NCBI GenBank assembly: GCA_963664825.1
Contig: OY761614.1
Coordinates: 1,856,001-1,920,000, forward strand
Length of the DNA: 64,000 nt
Direction: 5' to 3'
Source: an uncultured Holophaga sp.
GTDB taxonomy: Bacteria; Acidobacteriota; Holophagae; Holophagales; Holophagaceae
Shown here: in pieces, positions 55,552-64,000 of the stretch
Layout of the letters: the number at the start of each line of letters is the position of its first letter
How positions within the stretch are numbered: the first letter of the stretch is position 1
Notes under the pieces: model-generated
What the model saw: only the letters and a program-made list of their open reading frames with translations
What the model was told of the DNA's origin: nothing
The model's database searches: none
Made by a program: the position numbers and the translations under genes

Positions 55552-58281
55552 ATGTCACCTCGCCTTTCCCTCGTTTCCCTTTTGCTGGTCGCCTCCCTTT
55601 CCGCCCAGGAGACCCAGGACCCGAATCTGCTCAATGCCCTGAAGAATGCTGGTCAGCAGGGCAATGTGCCCAATCAGGCCGGGGACGCGCTTCCCAAGGC
55701 TCCCGGTGCGGCTTTCCAGCCGGATGCGGTTCCGACGCGCCAGGAGGAGACCGAAGCCGATCGCCTCGACCGGGAGATCCGCGCCCGCAAGGCCAAGGAA
55801 CGGGGGCCCCTGCGCTTCGCCGCCGATCTCTTCGAGGTGCGTCAGCGGGGCACGGGAGCCACAGAGGGAGGCATCTCCGAGGACTATGTGCTGGGCACGG
55901 GGGACCGCCTGGCCCTCAGCGCCTTCGGAAGCGCCAGTTTCGAGCTGCCCCTCCAGGTGGATGGCCGGGGGGATGTGGTCATCCCCAAGGTCGGCCTCGT
56001 CAAGGTGGGGGGCCTCACCCTGGGGAAGGCTAGGGGCGCCGTCCAGGGCCTGGTGAGCCGCAATTTCTCGGCCACCACCGTCGATCTCACCGTCACCAAA
56101 CTGCGGGAGGTGCGGGTCTTCGTTTTGGGGGAGGTCTACAAGTCCGGTTCCTACCTGGTGCCCAGCCTCAGCAGCCTGGTGAATGTGCTGGGCCTGGCCG
56201 GTGGCCCCACTCCCAGCGGCAGCTTCCGTCAGATCCGCGTGATGCGGGGGGGGCGCCTCCTCCATACGCTGGATCTCTATCCCCTCCGGGCCGAGGGCCT
56301 CGGGAACATGAACTTCTCCCTCCAGAATGGGGACACCCTCTTCGTGCCCCTGGTGGCCAATCAGGTGCTCTTGGAGGGAGCCTTCCAGAGAGTCGTCGCG
56401 GCTGCAGCGGCCCTTCCCCCCAAGGATGGAGTCTTCGAGCAGGATTCCGAGCAGGAGGCCCTCCGGAATCGGATTCGCCAGGAAGAGGCCCGTCTGGAAT
56501 ATTCCCGTTCCGGACAGAACAGCACCAAGACTCTTGCCCTTACACCCGATGCCTTGCGTCAGGAACAGGAGGCCGGACCCCTTTCGCCGGAGGAAAGGAC
56601 CGAGACTGAACTGCGGATCCGGATGCTGAAGGACAAATTGAAGTCCCTGGCCGAGCGCAAGCGGGGAGACCAACGTCTGAGCCCCGAGGAAGCCTTGAAC
56701 GGCCATTCGGATAATGCGGGGCAGCCTTCTTGGCTCAGGACCTGGCAGGCCGAGGGCAAGGCTCCCCAGATGCAGTTCGAGATGCTGCCCGGGGAGACCG
56801 CCGCCGCCGCCCTGCGCTTCGCGGGAGGATTTGCCCTCCAGGCTTTTTCCGAAAGCTTGAATCTCCGCCGCCTGGACGCCAAGGGCGCCATGGACGCCCA
56901 GGATCTCCCCCTGGCCTCCCTCGACCGCACGCCCCTGCAGCGGGGGGATATTCTTTCGGCCCTGCCTCGCCGGGATCACCAGGAGCGCGTGGTGGAAGTC
57001 CGCGGCTGGACCCGGGTGCCGGGGCTCTTCGCTCGCACGGAGGGCTTGAAGGTGGGGGATCTCCTCGGCCGGGATAGCCAGGTGCTCCCCGATACCTACT
57101 TGGGTCGGGGCGAGATCACCCGCACCCTTGCGGATGGCAGCACCCACTTCCTGTCTTTTGATGTGGCCCGGGCCCTGAAGGGGGATCCCGGTCACAACGT
57201 CTCCCTGGAAAACCGGGACCGCGTCGAGCTCTATCGCGTAGACGATCTGCGGCTTCCCAAGCACCTCACGGTGCTGGGGGCCGTCACGAGGCCGGGCACC
57301 TTTGCCTGGCACGAGGGCATGCGCGCGGCCGATCTGCTCTTCCGGGCTGGCGTGCCCCTTCGGGAGGCGGATCGCTTCATCGCCGAACTGGCCCACGCCC
57401 GGGATGGCAAGCCCAGCGAGGTGAGGCGGCTGGATCTCACGAGGCTCCTCTCCACGGAACAGGGCAGTCCCGTGGACCTGAAGGATGAGGCCCTCAATCC
57501 GCTCCTGGAACCCTTCGATCAGCTGAGTATCTACGCGAGACCCGATTACCGGGCCCATCGGACCGTGAAGCTCTCCGGCCAGGTGGTGCGTCCGGGGTCC
57601 TACGTGTTTGACACCGAGCACCCCCATCTCCGGGATCTCCTGGCCCGGGCCGGGGGATTGACTCCCAACGCCATGCCCCAGGCCGGGATCTTCCTGAGGG
57701 CCTTCGCCCAGCAGGACCCCGAGAAGATGCGGGCGGCTCTGGAAAGTGGGTTGGAGGCCCAGGATCCCACGGCCCAGGGCGTCAATAGCATCCTGGAGCG
57801 CCTCTCGGAGACCAAGCGCCAGCCCACCACGGGCCTGCTCCAGAAGAACCCCCTTCTCCACAAGCTGGAGACCGGCAGCCTCAATCGCCTGGTGGTCAAT
57901 CTTCCGGCAGTGCTGGCCGGGGACCGGGAGGTGGATGTGGAACTCCAGGATGGGGACGAGATCATCATCCCCCGCAAGACCGATGCCGCCTACGTGGTGG
58001 GGGAGACGGCCAGCCCCTTCGCCGTCTACAAGGTCAAGAATGGGATGACCGTGAAGGAAATCCTGGTGCTCGCTGGCGGCACCACCCGCAATGCCGACAC
58101 CTGGAATATCCGCCTGCTCAAGGCCGATGGCCGGATCCAGGATTCCTGGGTCTCCTGGCGCAAGGTCGAACCTGGCGATACCGTGCTCGTGCCCCAGCGC
58201 ATCCGCAGGGACACCACCTGGCAGGAGAACCTGACGGCCCTGACGCCTCTGGCCATCCTGATCAATACGCTGAGGAACTGA
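55552..58281 (+). CDS. Polysaccharide export protein with multiple SLBB domains (Wza/KpsD-like)
   Basis: DYVLGTGD Poly_export motif; repeated V.GEV..PG and L..AGG motifs. Confidence 0.9.
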   Translation: MSPRLSLVSLLLVASLSAQETQDPNLLNALKNAGQQGNVPNQAGDALPKAPGAAFQPDAVPTRQEETEADRLDREIRARKAKERGPLRFAADLFEVRQRGTGATEGGISEDYVLGTGDRLALSAFGSASFELPLQVDGRGDVVIPKVGLVKVGGLTLGKARGAVQGLVSRNFSATTVDLTVTKLREVRVFVLGEVYKSGSYLVPSLSSLVNVLGLAGGPTPSGSFRQIRVMRGGRLLHTLDLYPLRAEGLGNMNFSLQNGDTLFVPLVANQVLLEGAFQRVVAAAAALPPKDGVFEQDSEQEALRNRIRQEEARLEYSRSGQNSTKTLALTPDALRQEQEAGPLSPEERTETELRIRMLKDKLKSLAERKRGDQRLSPEEALNGHSDNAGQPSWLRTWQAEGKAPQMQFEMLPGETAAAALRFAGGFALQAFSESLNLRRLDAKGAMDAQDLPLASLDRTPLQRGDILSALPRRDHQERVVEVRGWTRVPGLFARTEGLKVGDLLGRDSQVLPDTYLGRGEITRTLADGSTHFLSFDVARALKGDPGHNVSLENRDRVELYRVDDLRLPKHLTVLGAVTRPGTFAWHEGMRAADLLFRAGVPLREADRFIAELAHARDGKPSEVRRLDLTRLLSTEQGSPVDLKDEALNPLLEPFDQLSIYARPDYRAHRTVKLSGQVVRPGSYVFDTEHPHLRDLLARAGGLTPNAMPQAGIFLRAFAQQDPEKMRAALESGLEAQDPTAQGVNSILERLSETKRQPTTGLLQKNPLLHKLETGSLNRLVVNLPAVLAGDREVDVELQDGDEIIIPRKTDAAYVVGETASPFAVYKVKNGMTVKEILVLAGGTTRNADTWNIRLLKADGRIQDSWVSWRKVEPGDTVLVPQRIRRDTTWQENLTALTPLAILINTLRN

Positions 58282-59258
58282 TGGAAAAGGGAATCCGGGA
58301 AATCCTCATCGGCCTCAAGCGCCCGCTCCAGATCGGCTTCGGTGCGGCCCTCCTGACGGCCCTCATCACCCTCTTCATGCCCAATTACTACCGTTCCGAG
58401 GCGCGGATCCTGCCGGTGGAAACAAAAAACCTTGGCAGCGGCCTCGGCAACCTGGCGGCGGCCGCCGCGGCCTTCGGTGTGGGCGTTCCGAGCGCGGACG
58501 GGGGCGACGCCAATTTCGTCGATATCCTGAGCAGTCGCTGGATGCGGGAAGCCCTCCTGAAGACCCCATTCACCTTCAAGGCGCGGTCCTGGCGCTTCGG
58601 CGCGGAAAAGGCGCGGACCCAGACCCTCTCTGATTACTTGAAGATCAAGAACCTGGACAGGGGCGTCAAGGAAGTGGGGGCCCTGATATCGGCCTCCCGG
58701 GATCTCAAGTCCAAGGTCCTGACCCTCAGCGTGGAGACGCCTGCGCCGGAGCTCTCCCAGCAGGTGGCCCAGCGCACCACGAAGCTCCTGGAGACCTTCG
58801 TCCAGGAAAAGGGCCGCACCCGGGGGGGCTACAAGGCCGCCTTCGCCGAGGCGAGGCTCAAGGAGGCTCGGGACGAGATGGCCCTGGCCGAAGACGAATT
58901 CCGGCGCTTCCTGGATGGCAACCGGAACTATCTCGCCAGTGCCGATCCCTCGGTGCGCATCCGCGGCGCCCGGCTGGAAGCCGAGCTCAAGCTCCGCCAG
59001 CAGCTCGTGATGACCCTCGCCATGAACCGCGAACAGGCGCTCATGGAAGAGAAGAACGATATCCCCATCCTCAACGTGCTGGACCCGGGGAATCTGCCCA
59101 TCGATAAGAGCCGTCCGGCACGCTCCATCATCGTCCTCCTCGCCTTCTTCCTGGTTTCCGCCGGGTCCTGGGCCTGGCTGAACAGGGAATGGATCCGCGA
59201 GCGGCTGCTGGACGCGGAGGACGAAAAGACCGTTACGCCTGAAACGGAGAAAATATGA
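58281..59258 (+). CDS. Wzz/GNVR-type chain-length determinant
   Basis: N- and C-terminal TMs, PNYYRSEARILP, VLDP..P..KSRP.R. Confidence 0.8.
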   Translation: MEKGIREILIGLKRPLQIGFGAALLTALITLFMPNYYRSEARILPVETKNLGSGLGNLAAAAAAFGVGVPSADGGDANFVDILSSRWMREALLKTPFTFKARSWRFGAEKARTQTLSDYLKIKNLDRGVKEVGALISASRDLKSKVLTLSVETPAPELSQQVAQRTTKLLETFVQEKGRTRGGYKAAFAEARLKEARDEMALAEDEFRRFLDGNRNYLASADPSVRIRGARLEAELKLRQQLVMTLAMNREQALMEEKNDIPILNVLDPGNLPIDKSRPARSIIVLLAFFLVSAGSWAWLNREWIRERLLDAEDEKTVTPETEKI

Positions 59259-59479
59259 GCATGAAACAGGGAGGCTCCGCCTTCGCGAGATGCGAGGGGG
59301 AACCCGGCCCGGGGGGCCGGGTGTTAGGCGGAGGGAGCGCCACTTCGCGCAGCGAAGCCCCGCAGGGGATGCAACGCATGCGTTGCATCACAGGAGGGAG
59401 CATGAGCACGAAGCAGGAGCGGAGTGCCACTTCGCGCAGCGAAGCCCCGCAGGGGTGCTGCACAGGAGGTGCAGCATGA
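59255..59479 (+). repeat. Cluster of palindromic repeats forming a coupled mini-ORF between wzz-like gene and rmlA
   Basis: 30-bp GCCACTTCGCGCAGCGAAGCCCCGCAGGGG at 59339 and 59426; ATGA overlaps at both ends. Confidence 0.8.
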
Positions 59480-60219
59480 AAGGTGTTGTTCTAGCGGGTG
59501 GGACGGGTTCCCGCCTCTTCCCCCTCACGAAGGTGACGAACAAGCATCTGCTGCCGGTGGGCTATGCGCCCATGATCTGGCATCCCGTGTGGAAGCTGAA
59601 AGAAGCTGGCGCCGAGGAAATCCTCATCGTCACCGGCACCGAGCACATGGGGGCCGTGGTGCAGTGCCTGGGGTCCGGCAAGGACTTCGGATGCCGCTTC
59701 ACCTACAAGGTCCAGGACGAGGCCGGCGGCATCGCCCAGGCCCTGGCCCTGGGGGAGAATTTCGCAGGGGGGGATTCCCTTTGCGTCATCCTGGGGGATA
59801 ACGTCTTCCAGGACAGTCTGGTGAACGAATTCCAGGCCTTCGAGCGCCAGGGCGCCGGCGCCCGCATCCTGCTCAAGCCCGTCTCCGATCCCCACCGCTT
59901 CGGCGTCGCCGAAGTCGTAGGCGATAAGGTGGTGGGCATCGAGGAGAAGCCCAAGGCTCCCAAGTCCAATCTCTCGGTGACGGGCATCTACTTCTACGAC
60001 TCCCAGGTCTTCGATATCATCCGCCGCCAGAAGCCCTCGGGCCGAGGCGAAATGGAGATCACGGATGTGAACAACGCCTATATCGAGAAGGGCCAGATGA
60101 GCTTCGGCACCTTCCAGGGCTGGTGGTCCGACGCGGGCACCTACCCCAGCCTATCCAAGGCTAATGAACTCGCCCTCGGGGAGGCCATGCCCTTCCCGGA
60201 TATCCCGAGGAAGATCTGA
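59476..60219 (+). CDS. rmlA: Glucose-1-phosphate thymidylyltransferase (short form)
   Basis: GVVLAGGTGSRLFPLT..NKHLLPV, LGDN, EEKP, SGRGEMEITD, WSDAGT. Confidence 0.88.
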   Translation: MKGVVLAGGTGSRLFPLTKVTNKHLLPVGYAPMIWHPVWKLKEAGAEEILIVTGTEHMGAVVQCLGSGKDFGCRFTYKVQDEAGGIAQALALGENFAGGDSLCVILGDNVFQDSLVNEFQAFERQGAGARILLKPVSDPHRFGVAEVVGDKVVGIEEKPKAPKSNLSVTGIYFYDSQVFDIIRRQKPSGRGEMEITDVNNAYIEKGQMSFGTFQGWWSDAGTYPSLSKANELALGEAMPFPDIPRKI

Positions 60220-60722
60220 TGGAATTCAAGAAGGGCCCCATTCAAGGGGTCAAACTGACGCCTCTCAAGAAGTTCGTGGACGAACGAGGCTGGCTGGCGG
60301 AGATCTTCCGCCACGACGAACTGGAGCCTGAATTCCACCCGGCCATGTCCTACGTGAGCGTGACGCTGCCTGGCGTGCTGCGCGGCCCCCACGAGCACGT
60401 GGACCAGGCCGATCTCTTTGCCTGGGTGGGGCCCGGGGACTTCAAGCTGACCCTCTGGGACAACCGTCCCACGAGTCCGACCTACCTGAACCGCATGGAG
60501 CTCTGTCTGGGCATCAACAATCCGGGCTCCGTGGTGGTGCCCAAGGGCGTAGTGCACTGCTACCGCTGCGTGAGCCAGGAACCCGGCTTCGTCATCAACT
60601 GTCCCAACCAGCTCTTCGCCGGGGAAGGCAAGAAGGCGCCCATCGACGAGATCCGCCACGAGGATGATGCCGAGAATCCCTTCGTCCTGGACGAAGCCGC
60701 GCGCAGGGTCCACACAAAATGA
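60219..60722 (+). CDS. rmlC: dTDP-4-dehydrorhamnose 3,5-epimerase
   Basis: DERGWLAE, PGVLRGPH, WDNRPTSPTY, PKGVVH. Confidence 0.88.
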   Translation: MEFKKGPIQGVKLTPLKKFVDERGWLAEIFRHDELEPEFHPAMSYVSVTLPGVLRGPHEHVDQADLFAWVGPGDFKLTLWDNRPTSPTYLNRMELCLGINNPGSVVVPKGVVHCYRCVSQEPGFVINCPNQLFAGEGKKAPIDEIRHEDDAENPFVLDEAARRVHTK

Positions 60723-60849
60723 TTCACCACGGAGAACACAGAGGAGCACGGAGGAAGCACGGAGAAAAGGTCATCCCATCCATGGCTTTGCCCGCATTTA
60801 TCAAGGCTGTTTTTTCTCCCCGTCCTTTGTGCATGAGTGGTGAATCCCT

Positions 60850-61716
60850 GTGAGGGTCGTCGTCGCAGGGGGAAGCGGCCAGTTGGCCCGGGCGATCCGG
60901 GAGACCTGGACCGGTCACGAGTTGATCTTCCCACCGGAAACGGAACTGGATCTCTCCCGCCCGGAAGCCATCCAGAAGGTGCTCCGGGAACTCCAGCCCC
61001 AGATCGTCCTCAACTGCGCCGCCTTCACCCAGGTGGATCGCTGCGAGACCGAAGAAACCACGGCCACCCTCATCAATGGCAGGGCCGTGGGCTGGCTGGC
61101 GGAAGCCTGCGATGATCTGGGCGCCAAGCTCGTGCAGATCAGTACGGACTACGTGTTCGACGGACAGGGCACACGGCCCTACCGGGAGAGCGATCCCACA
61201 AGTCCCGTTTCGGCCTACGGCCGCACCAAGCTCCTGGGGGAGCGCGCTGCCCTCTCTGCAAGGCGCCATCTGGTGGCCCGCACGGCCTGGCTTTTTGAGG
61301 CCTGGGGCAAGAACTTCTTCCTCACCATGGTGAACGCTGGCCTTCAGGGCCGCACCCTGCGTGTGGTGGACGACCAGAGGGGCACGCCCACCACCTGTCG
61401 AGCCCTGGCCCGCCAGCTGCAGATGGCCGTAGACGAGGACTGGCAGGGACTGGTGCATGTCACCTGCGCGGGTGAAACCACCTGGCACGGCTTCGCCGCA
61501 GAGATCTTCCGCCAGACGGGCATCGAGGCCCATCTCACACCCTGTGCCAGCACCGAATACCCCACACCCGCCCGCCGTCCTGCCTACTCGGTGCTGGATG
61601 GCAGCCATCGCAGCGAACTGGGCACGGACCTCATGCCCCCATGGCAGGAGGCCCTGGCGGAAGTGGTGCGGAATCTCCCAGACTTCCCCACACTATCAGG
61701 GGGGGAACGTCCATGA
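60850..61716 (+). CDS. rmlD: dTDP-4-dehydrorhamnose reductase
   Basis: GGSGQLA, NCAAFTQVD, ISTDYVFDG, YGRTK, DQRGTPT, ARRPAYS. Confidence 0.95.
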   Translation: MRVVVAGGSGQLARAIRETWTGHELIFPPETELDLSRPEAIQKVLRELQPQIVLNCAAFTQVDRCETEETTATLINGRAVGWLAEACDDLGAKLVQISTDYVFDGQGTRPYRESDPTSPVSAYGRTKLLGERAALSARRHLVARTAWLFEAWGKNFFLTMVNAGLQGRTLRVVDDQRGTPTTCRALARQLQMAVDEDWQGLVHVTCAGETTWHGFAAEIFRQTGIEAHLTPCASTEYPTPARRPAYSVLDGSHRSELGTDLMPPWQEALAEVVRNLPDFPTLSGGERP

Positions 61717-62261
61717 GCCTGCCTCAAACGCGTCACCCGGGGTACACCCTGCAGGATTGGGAAACCTGGGAAGGCCATTGGGAACTGATCCACGGAATCG
61801 CCTACCCCACCTACGGGATTCCCAGCTTGGAACATCAGCGCGTCAGCGTGAACCTGGCCTCCGATATCCTGATGGCCTTGAAGGAAGCCAAGGGCCGAAT
61901 CGGAGGCGGCGAATGCGAGGTATTCCCGGCCCCGGTGGATGTCTTCTTGGGAAATAGTGTGGTCCAGCCCGATCTCGTAGTGGTCTGCGATCCTGCCAAG
62001 AAGTCCGATCGGGGCATCGCGGGCCCTCCCGATCTGGTGGTGGAGATCCTGAGCCCCAGCACCGCGTCCAAAGACATGACTCGTAAATGGTGGCTTTATG
62101 AATCAGCCGGAATCCCAGAATATCTGATCGTGGATCCCCTGGAGCGCCTCGGAAAACTCCTCCGCCTGGAGGCAGGCCGGTATCTGGAGGCCACGCGCCT
62201 GGAATGGGGTGAGGTCGTGACCCTCCTGGGGGGCAAGATCACCGTTCCCCTCGGGTCCTGA
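61713..62261 (+). CDS. Uma2-family PD-(D/E)xK endonuclease
   Basis: ELIHG, HQ, VQPDLVV, PDLVVEILSPST..D..K..Y..GIPEYLIVDP. Confidence 0.92.
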   Translation: MSLPQTRHPGYTLQDWETWEGHWELIHGIAYPTYGIPSLEHQRVSVNLASDILMALKEAKGRIGGGECEVFPAPVDVFLGNSVVQPDLVVVCDPAKKSDRGIAGPPDLVVEILSPSTASKDMTRKWWLYESAGIPEYLIVDPLERLGKLLRLEAGRYLEATRLEWGEVVTLLGGKITVPLGS

Positions 62262-62309
62262 ACTCATTAAATGTGTTATTATTTTTTTGAATCAGGAAGG
62301 AGCCCATTC

Positions 62310-62546
62310 ATGACCATCTGGCGCGATCGCATTACCAGCGACACGACCGTATGCCACGGACAAGCTTGCATCCGGGGGACACGCATTCCCGTGGCTGTCG
62401 TGCTTGATAACCTCGCGGCGGGTCTCCGGGTCGAAGAAATCATCATCAGCTATCCCAGCCTCCAGCCTGAAGATATCCAGGCCGCCTTATCCTATTGTGC
62501 TGAGATCGCCCGAGAGCGCATCGTCATCCTCCCGGAATCCGCATGA
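62310..62546 (+). CDS. DUF433 family antitoxin-like protein
   Basis: RIT.D..VCHGQACIRGTRIPV, YPSL..EDI.AAL.Y. Confidence 0.92.
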   Translation: MTIWRDRITSDTTVCHGQACIRGTRIPVAVVLDNLAAGLRVEEIIISYPSLQPEDIQAALSYCAEIARERIVILPESA

Positions 62547-62923
62547 GCCAGCAGGATGGGCCGTGTGGCCCGAAATTCAAACTGGACGAGAACCTGCCGG
62601 TAGAGGCCGCTGAGGCGCTCCGCAAGGCGGGTTACGATGCCGTGACGGTGCTCGAGCAGGCCCTGGGGGGTGCGAAGGACGATCGCGTGGCGGACGTCTG
62701 TCGTCATGAGAACCGAGTGCTGGTGACCCTGGATCTCGATTTCTCCAACATCCAGACCTATCCGCCCTCCTCGCATTCCGGCGTCATCGTTCTCCGCCTC
62801 CCCTGTCAGGACAAGCCCGAAGTCCTGAAGGCCATGACCGCGTTGATCCCCCATCTACCCCAGGAACCGCTGGCCGGGCATCTTTGGGTGATGGACGAGC
62901 ACAAAATTCGAATCAGAGGCTGA
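62543..62923 (+). CDS. DUF5615 PIN-like toxin
   Basis: FKLDENLP, G.KDD, RVLVTLDLDF, GVIVLR; coupled to DUF433. Confidence 0.9.
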   Translation: MSQQDGPCGPKFKLDENLPVEAAEALRKAGYDAVTVLEQALGGAKDDRVADVCRHENRVLVTLDLDFSNIQTYPPSSHSGVIVLRLPCQDKPEVLKAMTALIPHLPQEPLAGHLWVMDEHKIRIRG

Positions 62924-62980
62924 TTCAGCCTTTTCCTCCGTGGTGAATCTTCTTTCCTTAGTCTTTCTTGGTGAATTCTC

Positions 62981-63955
62981 ATGTCTGAAACCATCCTCAT
63001 TACAGGCGGCGCCGGCTTCATCGGCTCGAACCTCGTCCACCGCTGGCATCGGGAGCATCCCCAGGACCGCATCCTGGTGCTGGACAAGCTCACCTACGCC
63101 GCCGACCGCACACAGATAGAGGGTCTTGAAGGGGTCGAACTCGTTGTCGGGGATGTGCAGAACCTGGAACTGGCCCGCCACCTCATCGAGCGCCACGGCG
63201 TGAGGAAACTCTTCCATCTGGCCGCGGAAAGTCACGTGGACCGCAGCATCACGGGGCCCGCGGAATTCATCCAGACCAACGTGGTGGGCACCTTCTCCAT
63301 GCTGGAAGCCGCCCGCCAGGCCTGGGCGGGCGACACGAGCTGTCGCTTCCTGCACATCAGCACAGACGAGGTATATGGATCGCTCGGTGAGACGGGCAAG
63401 TTCTCCGAGACGATGGCCTACGCCCCCAATAGTCCCTACAGCGCCAGCAAGGCCAGCAGCGACCATCTGGTGCGGGCCTATCACCACACCTATGGCCTGA
63501 ATACCGTCACGACCAACTGCTCCAACAACTATGGCCCCCGCCAGCACCCGGAGAAGCTGATCCCCCTGGCCATCACGCGCATGGCCAAGGGCGAGCCCAT
63601 CCCCATCTACGGGGATGGCCAGAACGTGCGGGACTGGCTCTTCGTGGAGGACCACTGCGCGGCCCTGGAATTAGTGATGCTGAAGGGCGTCAGTGGCGAG
63701 ACCTACTGCGTGGGGGGCGATAACGAGCGGACGAACCTGGAGCTCATCGATCTGCTCTGCGACGCGGTGGACAAGCATCTGGGGCGAGCCCAGGGGACGA
63801 GCCGCAGGCTCAAGACCTTCGTAAAGGACCGGGCGGGACATGACAGGCGCTACGCGATTGATGCGGGGAAAATCCATATTGATTTGGGTTGGGAACCAGG
63901 AATCGCCTTTGTCGACGGCTTGGGGGAGACGGTCGCCTGGTACCTGAAACAATGA
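62981..63955 (+). CDS. rmlB: dTDP-glucose 4,6-dehydratase
   Basis: TGGAGFIGSN, DKLTYA, AAESHVDRSI, STDEVYG, YSASK, DRAGHDRRY. Confidence 0.96.
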   Translation: MSETILITGGAGFIGSNLVHRWHREHPQDRILVLDKLTYAADRTQIEGLEGVELVVGDVQNLELARHLIERHGVRKLFHLAAESHVDRSITGPAEFIQTNVVGTFSMLEAARQAWAGDTSCRFLHISTDEVYGSLGETGKFSETMAYAPNSPYSASKASSDHLVRAYHHTYGLNTVTTNCSNNYGPRQHPEKLIPLAITRMAKGEPIPIYGDGQNVRDWLFVEDHCAALELVMLKGVSGETYCVGGDNERTNLELIDLLCDAVDKHLGRAQGTSRRLKTFVKDRAGHDRRYAIDAGKIHIDLGWEPGIAFVDGLGETVAWYLKQ

Positions 63956-64000
63956 CGCAAACGCGAAGCCTCACCAAAAATTCGATCTACAACCTGGTAG
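63952..64000 (+). CDS. Start of probable Wzx-type flippase (truncated by window edge)
   Basis: ATGA-coupled; MTQTRSLTKNSIYNLV resembles flippase N-termini. Confidence 0.5.
   Translation, partial: MTQTRSLTKNSIYNLV

Overview
GC-rich bacterial chromosome segment; gene content and style suggest Acidobacteriota, possibly Holophagae (Holophaga/Geothrix-like), which is inference only. Most of the window is housekeeping or signalling: NtrX-like two-component system, MerR regulator plus tRNA-Pro, MCP, frr, queD, DinG, prmA, murI, uvrA, csrA/fliW, rsmE, ribF, tRNA-Phe, BlaI/BlaR1, tricorn protease, and the start of a surface-polysaccharide/dTDP-rhamnose (rml) locus. Accessory DNA: (1) a 9.1-kb PICI/P4-like phage satellite integrated in tRNA-Arg(TCT), bounded by 47-bp att repeats at 10546-10592 and 19621-19667, with integrase, AlpA-like HTH, primase/DUF3631 and a TerS-like HTH but no capsid genes; (2) an adjacent HigBA-SecB toxin-antitoxin-chaperone locus; (3) an intact ISL3 with an 8-bp target duplication; (4) Uma2 plus DUF433/DUF5615 genes inside the rml operon. 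The most unusual signal is the satellite's non-coding DNA. It holds arrays of different short palindromes that translate into fragments resembling the variable segments of phage antirepressor genes (Bro-N, AntA, Rha). Part of one array is organised as a cas-less mini-array with type I-E CRISPR geometry (29-bp repeats, 32-bp spacers), flanked by a dif-like site and a second, foreign-looking origin. Also notable: each tRNA 3' end in its chromosomal context is followed by inverted and direct copies of its own T-arm, and a 78-bp structured repeat sits at start codons while preserving translational coupling.
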